From IMG/VR virus record IMGVR_UViG_3300020213_000040, positions 1 through 51,762 of that record: 51,762 bases of DNA; one strand, written 5' to 3'. The first letter of the stretch is position 1. Every line of letters begins with the position of its first letter. The stretch is from a virus (taxonomy: Duplodnaviria > Caudoviricetes). Positions 17,891 to 28,002 of the stretch are shown one piece after another. A program made the position numbers and the translations under genes. The notes below the pieces were generated by a model. That model had not been told where the DNA came from. It saw nothing but the letters and a program-made list of their open reading frames with translations, and made no database searches.

Positions 17891-18349
17891 ATGGCCGAAA
17901 GTTGGTTGAACCCCGAACTCATCGGAGAGCGCGGGGAAAATGGCGATTTTGTGCGTCCGGCAGACTTTTCTATTCTGCCGCCGCATTTCAAAGTTCAGCC
18001 GGGGGACGTGCGAATCAACATTGCGGGTACGCCCCATTTTTACTATATCGCGGCTGCCGAGTTCCAGCGCATGAAGCCGGAAGAACGGCAGGCCATCCAT
18101 GAGCAGGTGCAGCACGCTGCCGAACGACTGCGGGAAACTGCTGCCGTTCCGTCAGCGGATTACGACACCTACGATCTTGATGCGCTGAAGGCGATGGCGG
18201 CTGATCGCAGCGTAGACATTTCCGGGCGGCGCACGAAGCCGCAAATCATCTCCGCGTTGGTGGCAGCCGATACGGCGAACCGCTTGAACGCCGGATTCAA
18301 CCTGCAACCAACGGCGGCAGATCAGCCCGCTAATGGCGAGGCGGAGTAA
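17891..18349 (+). CDS. Protein with a Rho-N/HeH-like motif
   Basis: YDLDALKAMAADRSVDISGRRTKPQIISAL. Confidence 0.55.
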   Translation: MAESWLNPELIGERGENGDFVRPADFSILPPHFKVQPGDVRINIAGTPHFYYIAAAEFQRMKPEERQAIHEQVQHAAERLRETAAVPSADYDTYDLDALKAMAADRSVDISGRRTKPQIISALVAADTANRLNAGFNLQPTAADQPANGEAE

Positions 18350-18354
18350 CGATC

Positions 18355-19197
18355 ATGCCGAATATTGCAAAATGGGCAGCGGCGGGTCTGGATGCCATTC
18401 ATGTGGCTGCGCGTTCGAGCGCGGGTTTCATGGCCGGCTATTCCAACCTCGTTGCTGCGAATACAAACATGGGTTCGGGAATGCGGCGCGTCAAAGGGGC
18501 AGTCACCGCCCCGATTGCTATTCCTGAGCCGACTCGCGTTCCCGTTCGCGGCGACAACGGGCGTATCACCACGTTCCAGTTCCAGAGCGATGAGGACAAT
18601 GCCTTTACGCTCGAAAACAGTGTGACGGACATCGAACTAGAGATGTACGCGCAGGGTGGCAACACCTATGTTCTCGGCGAATGGGATTTTGGTCTTCGCG
18701 GCTCGCTTTCACCGACCTTCAAAGACCTCATGTTCCTGCTGACACGCAATGCCGAATCACAGGAAGCTGGCAGTCAGGGCACAGCCGGCTTCGAGAACAT
18801 GCTGGTGCTCGACTCATCGGCCATGCCGCTCGGCGACGACCAGTGGGCTTATCAGGAGGAAGGCAGCGCACGCCTAAGCTGTCTCGCTAATCCGTCGCTG
18901 CTGCTTCCGTGGGGTGTGTTGTGTTCAAGCGCTTTCACCCTGACCGACGGCATCACAATCGTCTGGAAAAGTCAGTATCGCACTATGCTGCACGTTTTCA
19001 TCGGCGATGGCACTGAAGATGAAATCGTGGTCGATTACACCCCGATCAATGTTGCGAAGTCCAAGTGCTTCAATGCCGATACGGCTGCGGCGATCACTGT
19101 CTCAACTGTGACCCCCGGCACGAAGACCATTGCGCTGGCCGCGCCTGTGCCGATAAATAAGTATGGCGTTCTGCTGTACGAATGCGCCGGGTTCTAA
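18355..19197 (+). CDS. Major tail tube protein
   Basis: Precedes tail chaperones and tape measure; 280 aa. Confidence 0.7.
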   Translation: MPNIAKWAAAGLDAIHVAARSSAGFMAGYSNLVAANTNMGSGMRRVKGAVTAPIAIPEPTRVPVRGDNGRITTFQFQSDEDNAFTLENSVTDIELEMYAQGGNTYVLGEWDFGLRGSLSPTFKDLMFLLTRNAESQEAGSQGTAGFENMLVLDSSAMPLGDDQWAYQEEGSARLSCLANPSLLLPWGVLCSSAFTLTDGITIVWKSQYRTMLHVFIGDGTEDEIVVDYTPINVAKSKCFNADTAAAITVSTVTPGTKTIALAAPVPINKYGVLLYECAGF

Positions 19198-19207
19198 AGG
19201 CAGTCGT

Positions 19208-19639
19208 ATGAACACCAGACCGATTCAAAGTGGGAATGCGCGTGTCGTCGTTCGTCGTGAGATGGTTGGCGACGATCTGCGGCTGCGAGCATTCTCACGC
19301 AAGTTCCCGACTGCTGCTCCGCCGGATGCGGACGATGACACGCGAGAGCTGTTTACCACACGCTGGAACTTCATCTATGCGATGTCAAAGACCATTGAAA
19401 TCGTGGGGTTGAACGTCCCGCTGCTGGATCGTACAGCCTCCGCCGATGACATAGAGTCGGCGTTTCAATTGTTCCTCGAAGAGGTCGATGCCGAATTCGC
19501 TGACGATTGGTTGCTTGAAGCGGTAGCGGTGCAGGAAGCTATCAATAAACCTTCCGACGATGCCGATGCAGGTGACAGCGCCTCAAAAAACGCGACCCGG
19601 CGCGCTCCGAAGAAGAGGAGCGAGAGCGCGCCGAAATAA
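19208..19639 (+). CDS. Tail assembly chaperone G
   Basis: Position; slippery A-AAA-AAC near the 3' end. Confidence 0.75.
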   Translation: MNTRPIQSGNARVVVRREMVGDDLRLRAFSRKFPTAAPPDADDDTRELFTTRWNFIYAMSKTIEIVGLNVPLLDRTASADDIESAFQLFLEEVDAEFADDWLLEAVAVQEAINKPSDDADAGDSASKNATRRAPKKRSESAPK

Positions 19640-19989
19640 GCGAAAGCATTGATGACTTCGCGCGGGTTGAGCTTCAGCTACCCGTTTCGAGATCGTCACC
19701 AGAACCGCCATTCCCCAAGCTCACGCACCCTTTCGATTACATCTGGCCGCAGTTTGTCCGGTACTACCGTTCCGATTTCGTTGCCCTGCCCGACGTGGGC
19801 GGCTACGACGATCAGGACAAGCAGAAGATGGATGACTTCGAATGGCTGCTGATCTGGGTGAATCACCGAATGCGACAGCTCAGGCCGAGAGACAGAGACC
19901 GCCGTAAGCCGTCGCCGCCATCGAAGCCGAAACCGCCGCCGAAGCGCTTGAAACCAGCAACGTTTGACGACATTACCGGCGAGGAGTAG
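19585..19989 (+). CDS. Tail assembly chaperone GT extension via -1 programmed frameshift
   Basis: A AAA AAC at 19585-19591; -1 frame open to 19989 (…LPDVGGYDDQD…), ending 2 nt before the tape measure ATG. Confidence 0.8.
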   Translation, partial: KKRDPARSEEEERERAEISESIDDFARVELQLPVSRSSPEPPFPKLTHPFDYIWPQFVRYYRSDFVALPDVGGYDDQDKQKMDDFEWLLIWVNHRMRQLRPRDRDRRKPSPPSKPKPPPKRLKPATFDDITGEE

Positions 19990-19991
19990 CT

Positions 19992-22526
19992 ATGCCATCA
20001 ACAGAGCGTGATGCACGTCTCAGGCTGCGCGTTCTCGCCGAGAAGAAAGACATCGACAGCACGATACGCGAAGTTGGGCGTGTCGAGCAAAAGATCACCG
20101 ATGTTGACCGCACCAGTAAAGAGTTCCAAAAGACTCTCAGCAAGCTCGGCAAGGCGATTGGTCAGTCCGGGCGCACCAACGAAATCAAGGGGTTGACCCG
20201 TGATCTCGTCGAGGCCCACCAAAAGGGCGAGAACTTTGGGAATGTCGTCGAGCGCGCCGCTAAAGAACTGACGGCGTTAGGGGCGCGAAAGGAAGATATC
20301 CGCGCCGTAGGGCGTGCGCTCGGTGATGCCTCCGATCAAGCCGAGCGGTTGACCAACGCGCAAAAACAAGGCCGCCAGCTCAACGAGCAGATGTTTCGCG
20401 CTCCGGGTGGCGGTGGTGGTGGCGGCGGCGGCGGGCTTCCCGATGAAGGCGGGACAACTTTTGGGCGCAGCGTTTACAAGGCGGGTAGATCGCTTTTCAA
20501 TGCCCCCGATATTGGCGGCTCGACAACGCTTTCGAGAGCGATGGTCGGCATCGGCGCTTTATTCGACAAAATGGGCATCACGTTCGCCCAGTTTCTCATC
20601 TCGGCGTTGCCAATCGCGCCGGCCATCGTCGCGGCGGCCATCGCCGTTGATCGGTTCAACAAAGAGATTGCGATTTACAGAAGCCGACTCGAAGCTGCGC
20701 TGAAAGCAGAAGAAGCATTCGCGCAGGCACGACTCAATTCGACATCCGACGAAGCTGTCCAATCGCTTGAAGAAGCCGCACGGAGGCGTGAGGACTTAGA
20801 GCAGCGTGTCGCGGATGCACAGACTCGCATGAACGCGGCCTTCGCGGATACCGCTGCAAATCTCGGCGATCTGGGAGCGCGGCTGTTGGACAACAGCACC
20901 CCCGTTGCTCAACTGCGTGAAAACTATGAACGCTTGCGTAACGAGCTGTTCTACCAGACCGATCTTGTTTCGCAGTACACGCGGGGGCTGTCCAACGGCA
21001 CGTTTGCCACGAATGATGCCATTGAGGCCGAACGCACCTTACAGCAAGAACGCAATCGCACCGCGCAGGTCAACGTTAGCTCGGCGCTCACTGCACGTCA
21101 GCAAGCACGAACGCTGACGAGTGACGCAGCGGCTCAACTGATGGAGGATTTGCAGTTTGAATTCGACCAGTTAAACGGGTCGTCGATTGAAGGCGCTGGC
21201 AAACGCTTGCAAGAGATCTCCTATGAGATGATCCGGCTTGAGCGGGATGTTATCCCGGCGATTGCTGCCCGCGAACGCGAGACCGCCGCTATTCAGTCTT
21301 TTCTGGACTCGGCGAATGCCCGCATTGCAGCCGACACGGAATTCGCCAACCTCAACCGCACGTCCACCGTACCGCAGGTCTATGAGCGCATCCGTGCGTT
21401 GATGGACGAGAAAGCCGCGATTGAGGCAGCACTGCCGGAGCTACAAGCGCTTTCGCAGGGCAGCGCAGAGGGCGCAGCACGCTTCAGAGAAGCCAATCAA
21501 CGGCTTTCCGAGTTGAACACGGAAACGAGACGCTTGGCGCGGGAAACGGTGCCAGCCGCGCTCGCTCGACTGCTGCAAAGCAATACGAACGAGATCGATG
21601 GCATTCTCTTGGCGCGTGATGCCAAAATCGCCGAGATTGAAACCGAACTGGGCAATAAGCGGACGAGCATCCTCTCCGCCTACGATGACAAAATCACCGA
21701 TCTTGAAAGCGCCGCTGGCGACAATCGCACACAAATCGAGAGCAAGTTCCAAGATCGCATCAGCAAACTACGCGAGAAGGGCGATGCTGACGAAAATACG
21801 GCAATTGAAGATCGCAACGTCCGGGCCGCGGATAAAGCCCAAACCGCTCGTGAAGAAGAAATAGATGCCGCTGAAAAAGAGCGCAAAGATGCGCTCGGCG
21901 ATCTAGAACGCGACCTGAAGCGTCAGCGCGGTATCGCTCAGAGAGAACGCGATCAGCAGCTTAAGATGGCGGCTGATGGTGCGCGTATTGCAATCGACAT
22001 CGAGCGCCAGAAGGCACAGGCCGAGATCAACGTCAAGAATCAAGCGCTGCAAGCGGAACTGAGTATGTTGGCTTCGCTGCAAACCGGCGTTGCAAATACA
22101 GTGACCAGCGTCAACGCAATGCTGGCCCAGCTCGGGCGGGCCGGCGCGCCTCGTGCATCGGTGGGCGCTCGTGTAACCACGACGACAACCAGCCCAACCG
22201 TGAAATCCCCCACATTTTCCGGCAACTTCGGCGCATTCAGCAGCCGTGCTCTCGCGGCTGGTGGTACAGCGCGCACGAACGAAATTGTCCGCATCAATGA
22301 TGGCAGGGGCATGGAGTCCGGGCTGACCAAGAGCGGGCGGCTCGTGGCGTTTAGCGAGCCGATGCGTGTGTTCACCCACGAAAAGACCCGCGAACTGCTC
22401 TCCGGTGGCGGGGCACGGGGCGGCTTGACTTTCGCACCCAATTTATACGGGCTAACGATGTCGCAAACTGAACGCATGATGCTAAGTCAGTTCCGCGACT
22501 TTGTACGCAAGTGGAAGAAGCTATAG
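19992..22526 (+). CDS. Tape measure protein
   Basis: 844-aa Ala-rich coiled coil with a hydrophobic segment, after the chaperones. Confidence 0.85.
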   Translation: MPSTERDARLRLRVLAEKKDIDSTIREVGRVEQKITDVDRTSKEFQKTLSKLGKAIGQSGRTNEIKGLTRDLVEAHQKGENFGNVVERAAKELTALGARKEDIRAVGRALGDASDQAERLTNAQKQGRQLNEQMFRAPGGGGGGGGGGLPDEGGTTFGRSVYKAGRSLFNAPDIGGSTTLSRAMVGIGALFDKMGITFAQFLISALPIAPAIVAAAIAVDRFNKEIAIYRSRLEAALKAEEAFAQARLNSTSDEAVQSLEEAARRREDLEQRVADAQTRMNAAFADTAANLGDLGARLLDNSTPVAQLRENYERLRNELFYQTDLVSQYTRGLSNGTFATNDAIEAERTLQQERNRTAQVNVSSALTARQQARTLTSDAAAQLMEDLQFEFDQLNGSSIEGAGKRLQEISYEMIRLERDVIPAIAARERETAAIQSFLDSANARIAADTEFANLNRTSTVPQVYERIRALMDEKAAIEAALPELQALSQGSAEGAARFREANQRLSELNTETRRLARETVPAALARLLQSNTNEIDGILLARDAKIAEIETELGNKRTSILSAYDDKITDLESAAGDNRTQIESKFQDRISKLREKGDADENTAIEDRNVRAADKAQTAREEEIDAAEKERKDALGDLERDLKRQRGIAQRERDQQLKMAADGARIAIDIERQKAQAEINVKNQALQAELSMLASLQTGVANTVTSVNAMLAQLGRAGAPRASVGARVTTTTTSPTVKSPTFSGNFGAFSSRALAAGGTARTNEIVRINDGRGMESGLTKSGRLVAFSEPMRVFTHEKTRELLSGGGARGGLTFAPNLYGLTMSQTERMMLSQFRDFVRKWKKL

Positions 22527-22529
22527 CTC

Positions 22530-22943
22530 ATGCCCTATTGGTTTGAGTACGAAGTTGCTCCCGGTTGGGATGCTGACCCCGGCGACTTTTTGAATTTCGA
22601 GACGTTCTTCAATGTGCCGCTGCGTGGGCGGCGCGTACCGCTCGGCGCTGTCTCGAAGAAGACGCTGGATAAGGCGCAGCACTGGTACGGCAGCCGGGAG
22701 ATCTCCCTTTCGACAGAAGCCTGCACCTTCGACGAGCTGGACGCTTATGTGACGGAGATCTTCGGCGATTGGGACACTCAGAATCAACAGGTAACTTTAC
22801 GCACTCGCAACCGCGACAACACCTTTTCTTACTGGAACGCGAAAGCCCATATCCCGGTTGATGAGCAGGACTATCAGCACGTCACAGTCAACCAGCTTCG
22901 GGATGTGGCGCTGCGTTTCGACATTATCGGGGTGGCTGCTTAA
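22530..22943 (+). CDS. Distal tail protein (putative)
   Basis: Directly after the tape measure gene. Confidence 0.6.
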   Translation: MPYWFEYEVAPGWDADPGDFLNFETFFNVPLRGRRVPLGAVSKKTLDKAQHWYGSREISLSTEACTFDELDAYVTEIFGDWDTQNQQVTLRTRNRDNTFSYWNAKAHIPVDEQDYQHVTVNQLRDVALRFDIIGVAA

Positions 22944-22945
22944 CG

Positions 22946-25900
22946 ATGCCAAACCTAGACGCTTTTTCCTCGATTTTCGATAACGAGGCATACCGTTACG
23001 CTGCCCATCTGGGCACCCTGCCGGAAGTGATACGGTTTAGTCGCTTCGTCAACATGGCGACTGTGCCGGACTCGCTGACTGTTATCACTTTCGATGGCAG
23101 CGGCATCGGCGCGTACACCGACGTGCGTGAAGGGTTGACCCTTCGCGTTTTTCATCAGAATACAAGCACGGTTAAGGGTATTCTGCGCGTAGCTGCCGGG
23201 GGCGCGACGACCAACACAATACAGGTCAACGAAGTCGCCAAGCAAACCGTCGATGTCCGCGATAACGACAGATTCGAGGTGGTTGACGAATATCGGGTGT
23301 GGGATGTGTTAGTCAGCGCGACCAGTTTGTTCCTCAAAGATTCGAGAATCACCTACACAGATCAGCTTGAAGAACTTGCGCCGATAGCGACGGCTGGCGG
23401 GCCATGGTTTGGTTTCCATGATCGCGGTCAAGTCTACGCGACTGTGCCGTTCGACGCTTCCGGCTCGTATACGATTGATCGCAGCAGCAGCGGCACAAAA
23501 ACCTATCTTTGGGATGTCGGCGACGGCACGATCACCGTCGGCTCGACCACTACTGCCGCGATCACCGTGCGTGTTCCTGTCGGTTTTCGCCATGTCACGC
23601 TGACTGTCACCGACTCCAGCAACAGCAAAAGCGCGACGATTTATGTTCCCGTTCGTGTCTACAACCACACGACAGATCGCCCGCTCTCGGTGTTCGTCGA
23701 AGACGACGAAAGCGACGATGACAACGGCACGAACTTCAGTGTAGACGCTTCGGCTGCCGATGCCGTTATCGTCGCCGCGCTGCGTCATGGTGCGTTCGCA
23801 GCGCTGTTCATGGAAGAATGGCACGGCGAGACGCTCGGCTCGTATGGCAACGCTGTTGAGGGGCGTGCCCACATGAAGGGCTGTGGCTACTTCAGCAGCC
23901 AAACCATCGAGATTGACGCTGAAAGTGACAGCGTTCGCTTTGAGATCCTCGGCCCGCTGGCGATTCTGAAGGATACGCCGGCCCTGCCACAGTTGATGAT
24001 CTACTCCAACAATCCGGCCAGTTGGCAGGATGTCGAGGGGCTGACGCTGTGGTTGGCGTTGTGGTACATCATTCGTTGGGGCAGCTCGACGTTTAGCTAC
24101 TTCGACTTCTACTTCCCGGACGGCATTTCTTATCTCTACCGCCGTATCGGTGTGGATGGTGGGACGATCTTCGACCAGCTTGAAAATATCGCCAAGAGCT
24201 TCTGCGCCAAAATTAGGGCGGATCGTTTGGGCCGCATCCTTATCCAGCGCAGCCCCAATTACATGACCACTGCCGAACGCAATGCGCGCACAATTACCCG
24301 TAATCTGACGACGGCAGGTATCGTGCGTGTGCGGATCACACAAACGCATCGCAAGAAAGTTCGCACCGTCAACGGCGAGGGTCTCACCATCGCCGAGCAG
24401 CCAGTCTACAGCCGCGCGCCGCATGTGCCGGGGCCGGGCACGGTGATTGAAACGCTTGAGAGTCAGGTCGTCATCAGTCAAAGCGAAATTGATGATAGAA
24501 CCGGCCATAAAGCTGCGGAGATCGACGGTTCGTACTACGACGAAAGCACGGGTGTCATACGCGATGTGCCGATGGGCGTTGAGTTGGAAGTGCTGGACAG
24601 CGACGATCACTACGACCCCGGCTTAGGCGAATACACCGTTTTCATCCTGCCTGCCTCGACGAATAAGTGCGGCATCAGCTTCAGCAGCGCAGATCGTTGG
24701 CTGCTGCGAAGCCGTCGCGCCAGTTACGACGAAGACACGCAAGAAAAAACCATCATTCTGACGCTCGACCACGAAACCAAAGGGCGGGCCGGCACAGCAC
24801 AGGCAAAGAAGATTGAGCCGGAAGAACCACCGATTGATTTCGATGACCCGCAGTTCGATCCGGGCTTGATCGAAGTCGCGCCGCCAGTAGCCGCGCCGCC
24901 ACTCGTGACCGTCGGCATCGGCATCGGGCGCTATCTCGCGTGGAGCACAGTCGGCCCGTATGCCGCTCGCGTGACTTCACCGGACGGGTTCATTACGCCC
25001 GCGAACTACGTTTATACCGACATCAGCGCCGGACTAACGGGTAAATGCGTTCTGGCGCATGTCAACCCGCAACAGTTCGCACAGTTTTATGTCATCACGA
25101 CTGAAGGGTTATTTCGAGGCTATCCGCTGGCTGACCCGTTCACGGGTTGGTCGCTGGTGGCCGACAATGACACGATCTGGGGCGATGCGACAGCCGTTTC
25201 CGGCAACATCCGCCTGAGCATCAACCGGGCTGGCTGGCTTATCCTGCGTTCCGGCGACATGACGGCGGCGTGTGCGGACATCAACGCAAACCCGAATTCG
25301 TGGGTGAGGATTGGTATCAACGGCGGTACATGGAGTACCAGCGTATTCGGTGGTGGGCTGTTCCCGAATCTGAATAACGCTGGCTCGAAGGGGCATCTCT
25401 ATACTTCGGAGGGCGGGTACCCAACGACAGGGCGTGTATGGCGCAACACGACGTGGGGATTATCGGGCACATGGGGCGTGACACTCTACGCGACAATGGG
25501 CGGTGTCGTTGGCACGGATGTCGTTGCGCCGTTCAAACGACTGTCCGGTGCGCCCAACCTACCCAACGATACGGTGTCGCTGGTTTACGGCTGCGGTGTG
25601 AGCGGCACAGGCAACAGCAGCCTCATCTACTTGGATAACGGCTCGGCGGTGGACATCGCCGAAACCGAACTGCATCGCACCATCCGTCTCGGCGGGGAAA
25701 GCCAGCGTGGGCTTTGCGTCTCAGATGAAGACCCGCGCTGTGTCTACACCGGCGTACAACTCGTCATTTCTTCAGGAGGCAACGTCTATGCAATGACCGT
25801 AGCATTTGCGGACGATGCCGATGCCTTTGTTTGGAACAACCCGCTTATCACCTACACCGCCGCGAATTTCGCCAACTCGTATCCCGTCTACGGTATCACG

Positions 25901-26092
25901 CTCAACCCGGCCAACAAACAGTACGCGATGCTCTACATGGCGGGCTTCGGTCTGGCTGGCGCAGGTTGGGATACCAACGGCGGCGGTCTAGCAGCAACAG
26001 CGGATAAGGGTGTGACTTCGGTCAATCTCATGACACCGGAACTCGAAGCCATTCTTGGCGGCACAACCGTCGCTTATGCACAGGCGGCCTAA
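22946..26092 (+). CDS. Baseplate hub / central tail protein with a PKD-like domain
   Basis: TYLWDVGDG...VTLTVTDS PKD motif; beta-rich C-terminus. Confidence 0.7.
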   Translation: MPNLDAFSSIFDNEAYRYAAHLGTLPEVIRFSRFVNMATVPDSLTVITFDGSGIGAYTDVREGLTLRVFHQNTSTVKGILRVAAGGATTNTIQVNEVAKQTVDVRDNDRFEVVDEYRVWDVLVSATSLFLKDSRITYTDQLEELAPIATAGGPWFGFHDRGQVYATVPFDASGSYTIDRSSSGTKTYLWDVGDGTITVGSTTTAAITVRVPVGFRHVTLTVTDSSNSKSATIYVPVRVYNHTTDRPLSVFVEDDESDDDNGTNFSVDASAADAVIVAALRHGAFAALFMEEWHGETLGSYGNAVEGRAHMKGCGYFSSQTIEIDAESDSVRFEILGPLAILKDTPALPQLMIYSNNPASWQDVEGLTLWLALWYIIRWGSSTFSYFDFYFPDGISYLYRRIGVDGGTIFDQLENIAKSFCAKIRADRLGRILIQRSPNYMTTAERNARTITRNLTTAGIVRVRITQTHRKKVRTVNGEGLTIAEQPVYSRAPHVPGPGTVIETLESQVVISQSEIDDRTGHKAAEIDGSYYDESTGVIRDVPMGVELEVLDSDDHYDPGLGEYTVFILPASTNKCGISFSSADRWLLRSRRASYDEDTQEKTIILTLDHETKGRAGTAQAKKIEPEEPPIDFDDPQFDPGLIEVAPPVAAPPLVTVGIGIGRYLAWSTVGPYAARVTSPDGFITPANYVYTDISAGLTGKCVLAHVNPQQFAQFYVITTEGLFRGYPLADPFTGWSLVADNDTIWGDATAVSGNIRLSINRAGWLILRSGDMTAACADINANPNSWVRIGINGGTWSTSVFGGGLFPNLNNAGSKGHLYTSEGGYPTTGRVWRNTTWGLSGTWGVTLYATMGGVVGTDVVAPFKRLSGAPNLPNDTVSLVYGCGVSGTGNSSLIYLDNGSAVDIAETELHRTIRLGGESQRGLCVSDEDPRCVYTGVQLVISSGGNVYAMTVAFADDADAFVWNNPLITYTAANFANSYPVYGITLNPANKQYAMLYMAGFGLAGAGWDTNGGGLAATADKGVTSVNLMTPELEAILGGTTVAYAQAA

Positions 26093-26096
26093 CCAT

Positions 26097-27353
26097 ATGA
26101 ACTTCGATAACGAGATCCGCGATGCCAAACGTGCCACACAAAAAGAGAGCGGCGCAGTCGATACCTTCAAAGGTACGCTCGGCGCAACCGTTGGTGGGGT
26201 CTTTAAGCTATACACCGACGTGCTCAATCAATACTACGTCACCCGTTCCGACACGGGCGGCTATGAATCGGTATTCAACCATATTGCGCCGCCTGAGCCG
26301 GATTTGGAAGTGTTCTGCGGCAAGCTCTATGGCCATGACTATTTCGAGGTTGCCAGCTTCGACTTTCAAAGTCTGGCGCGCTTGGGCCGACGCATCGGGG
26401 CTGGGCCTCACCATCAACAGCACGAGGTACGCATTAAGTTCGGGCAGGCGGATGAGCCGACGGTGCAGCAGCTCGGGCCAGATCCGGTCTTTCTCTCCAA
26501 TCTGCAACTGACCAACCTCGCGCTTGCCCCACATCAGGGTATGGTCGTCAAGGCGCTGTCAGGGGCGTTTGAGATCAACGGCGTGCCGTATTGGTCGGAG
26601 GGTGGGCTGCTTGACGATCAGACGCCGGAGATGCCCGGCTCAGGAATGACCAAGCTGTGTCTGGTAGAGGAAGATAACGCCGGGGATTTCTACTACTCCT
26701 ACAGCGCCGAGTTCGCTACGACGACCAACGTTCCAGCCATCTTGACCAATACACCGACGCGCACGTCGGGACGCAAGGCACGAGGGTTGCTGCTGCTTGT
26801 CGATGGCGAAACAGCGCTCGGCTGGAATCGTATCCTGCCACTAGCGAGTATAACCGCCGATGCTGCGATACCGCCAGCCGTGATGATTGGTGCGGACGGC
26901 ACAGATCCCGGCGAAGAGGGCTTAGTCCCTGCGCCTGCTAATACCGACAATATCAAGTTTCTGCGAGGCGATGCGACGTGGGCAATGCCGCCTGCACCAG
27001 TGATCGTTAGTCAAGCCGTCTTTCACATCCCCGGCACACTGAGCGTCGGCGCATCGCCAATGCGGATATACAACAACTTCGGGGCAAGTAAGACGATCAC
27101 GAAGGTCATGATCGCCGCGCCGACAGCGCCGACAGGCGCTGCGATCAAGGTGGATGTCAATCTAGGCGGCACAACCATCTTTACCAATCAGGCTCATCGT
27201 CCAGAGATCGTCGCCAGCGCGAACACGGGCACAACCACCGACATCGACGTGCCGACGTGGGCGGCAAACAACTACCTGACTATCGACATTGACCAAGTTG
27301 GCAGCACCATCGCGGGCGCAGACCTGACCGTGCATGTGGTCTATCAGGGGTGA
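26097..27353 (+). CDS. Minor tail / tail fibre protein
   Basis: GLVPAP...KFLRGDATW fibre repeat; C-terminal beta-sandwich. Confidence 0.65.
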   Translation: MNFDNEIRDAKRATQKESGAVDTFKGTLGATVGGVFKLYTDVLNQYYVTRSDTGGYESVFNHIAPPEPDLEVFCGKLYGHDYFEVASFDFQSLARLGRRIGAGPHHQQHEVRIKFGQADEPTVQQLGPDPVFLSNLQLTNLALAPHQGMVVKALSGAFEINGVPYWSEGGLLDDQTPEMPGSGMTKLCLVEEDNAGDFYYSYSAEFATTTNVPAILTNTPTRTSGRKARGLLLLVDGETALGWNRILPLASITADAAIPPAVMIGADGTDPGEEGLVPAPANTDNIKFLRGDATWAMPPAPVIVSQAVFHIPGTLSVGASPMRIYNNFGASKTITKVMIAAPTAPTGAAIKVDVNLGGTTIFTNQAHRPEIVASANTGTTTDIDVPTWAANNYLTIDIDQVGSTIAGADLTVHVVYQG

Positions 27354-27356
27354 ATC

Positions 27357-27644
27357 ATGCGATTATTGACGCTTGGCTTCGAGATGGGTAGCAGCGCCGA
27401 ATTGAGCAGTCTAGCCGCTGGTGGCGCTGGTTGGTACTTAGCGGCGAAGGGCTTCAAATGCTTGCCAGCCTTCATTCGTCGGGCAGCGTGGTACATCCCC
27501 ATCTACCTCGCCGCAATAGCGTTGTTCGGACTGTGGTACGAAATCCGGCTGTTCACGCCGCTGCTGCCGATATTGGTTCCGGCGTTCCTTATCGGACTGC
27601 GAAAAGGAGTTAATCATGCAGATACTTCAAATCTATCGCGCTGA
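27357..27644 (+). pseudogene. Probable deletion chimera (tail protein N-terminus fused to membrane protein C-terminus)
   Basis: MRLLTLGFEMGS... abruptly joined to hydrophobic helices. Confidence 0.35.
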
Positions 27645-28002
27645 AACGGGTGCGTGGTACGCCGTCGTCCAGAACGATGATGGGCGTACTGCGGAGATCA
27701 AGTTTCGTTCGCGTCCATCGCGTGACGAGGCGATGGACGCGGTGCAGGCGGTCTTTAGTCCGCCGACAGTGGCGGTCATTGCCGAGGACGGCACGACGCT
27801 GCAACTGGCGGGTGTGAAAGCCGGAACGCTGAATATTTCGCCCGCGCAGAAAACGGCGGTGCGTAATGCGCTGCAAACGGTCAATACATTCGTAGACGCT
27901 GTGCTGAATGTACTGCCTACCGATGCCGATCAACGCTCCCGCCTGCGCGAACGTTCTCCGTTGTTGGATGGGCTGTTCAGTATCGCGGAAAGGCTGCGCT
28001 AG
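27616..28002 (+). CDS. Hypothetical protein, tail fibre-associated
   Basis: AAGGAG RBS. Confidence 0.6.
   Translation: MQILQIYRAETGAWYAVVQNDDGRTAEIKFRSRPSRDEAMDAVQAVFSPPTVAVIAEDGTTLQLAGVKAGTLNISPAQKTAVRNALQTVNTFVDAVLNVLPTDADQRSRLRERSPLLDGLFSIAERLR

Noticed and set aside
19564-19577. 14-bp match CGATGCAGGTGACA to the mini-element junction at 12819-12832, suggesting guide targeting near the frameshift site
   Set aside because: Only 8 nt of flank match, the mini-element lacks an omega-RNA scaffold, and a few 14-mer repeats are expected by chance in 52 kb.
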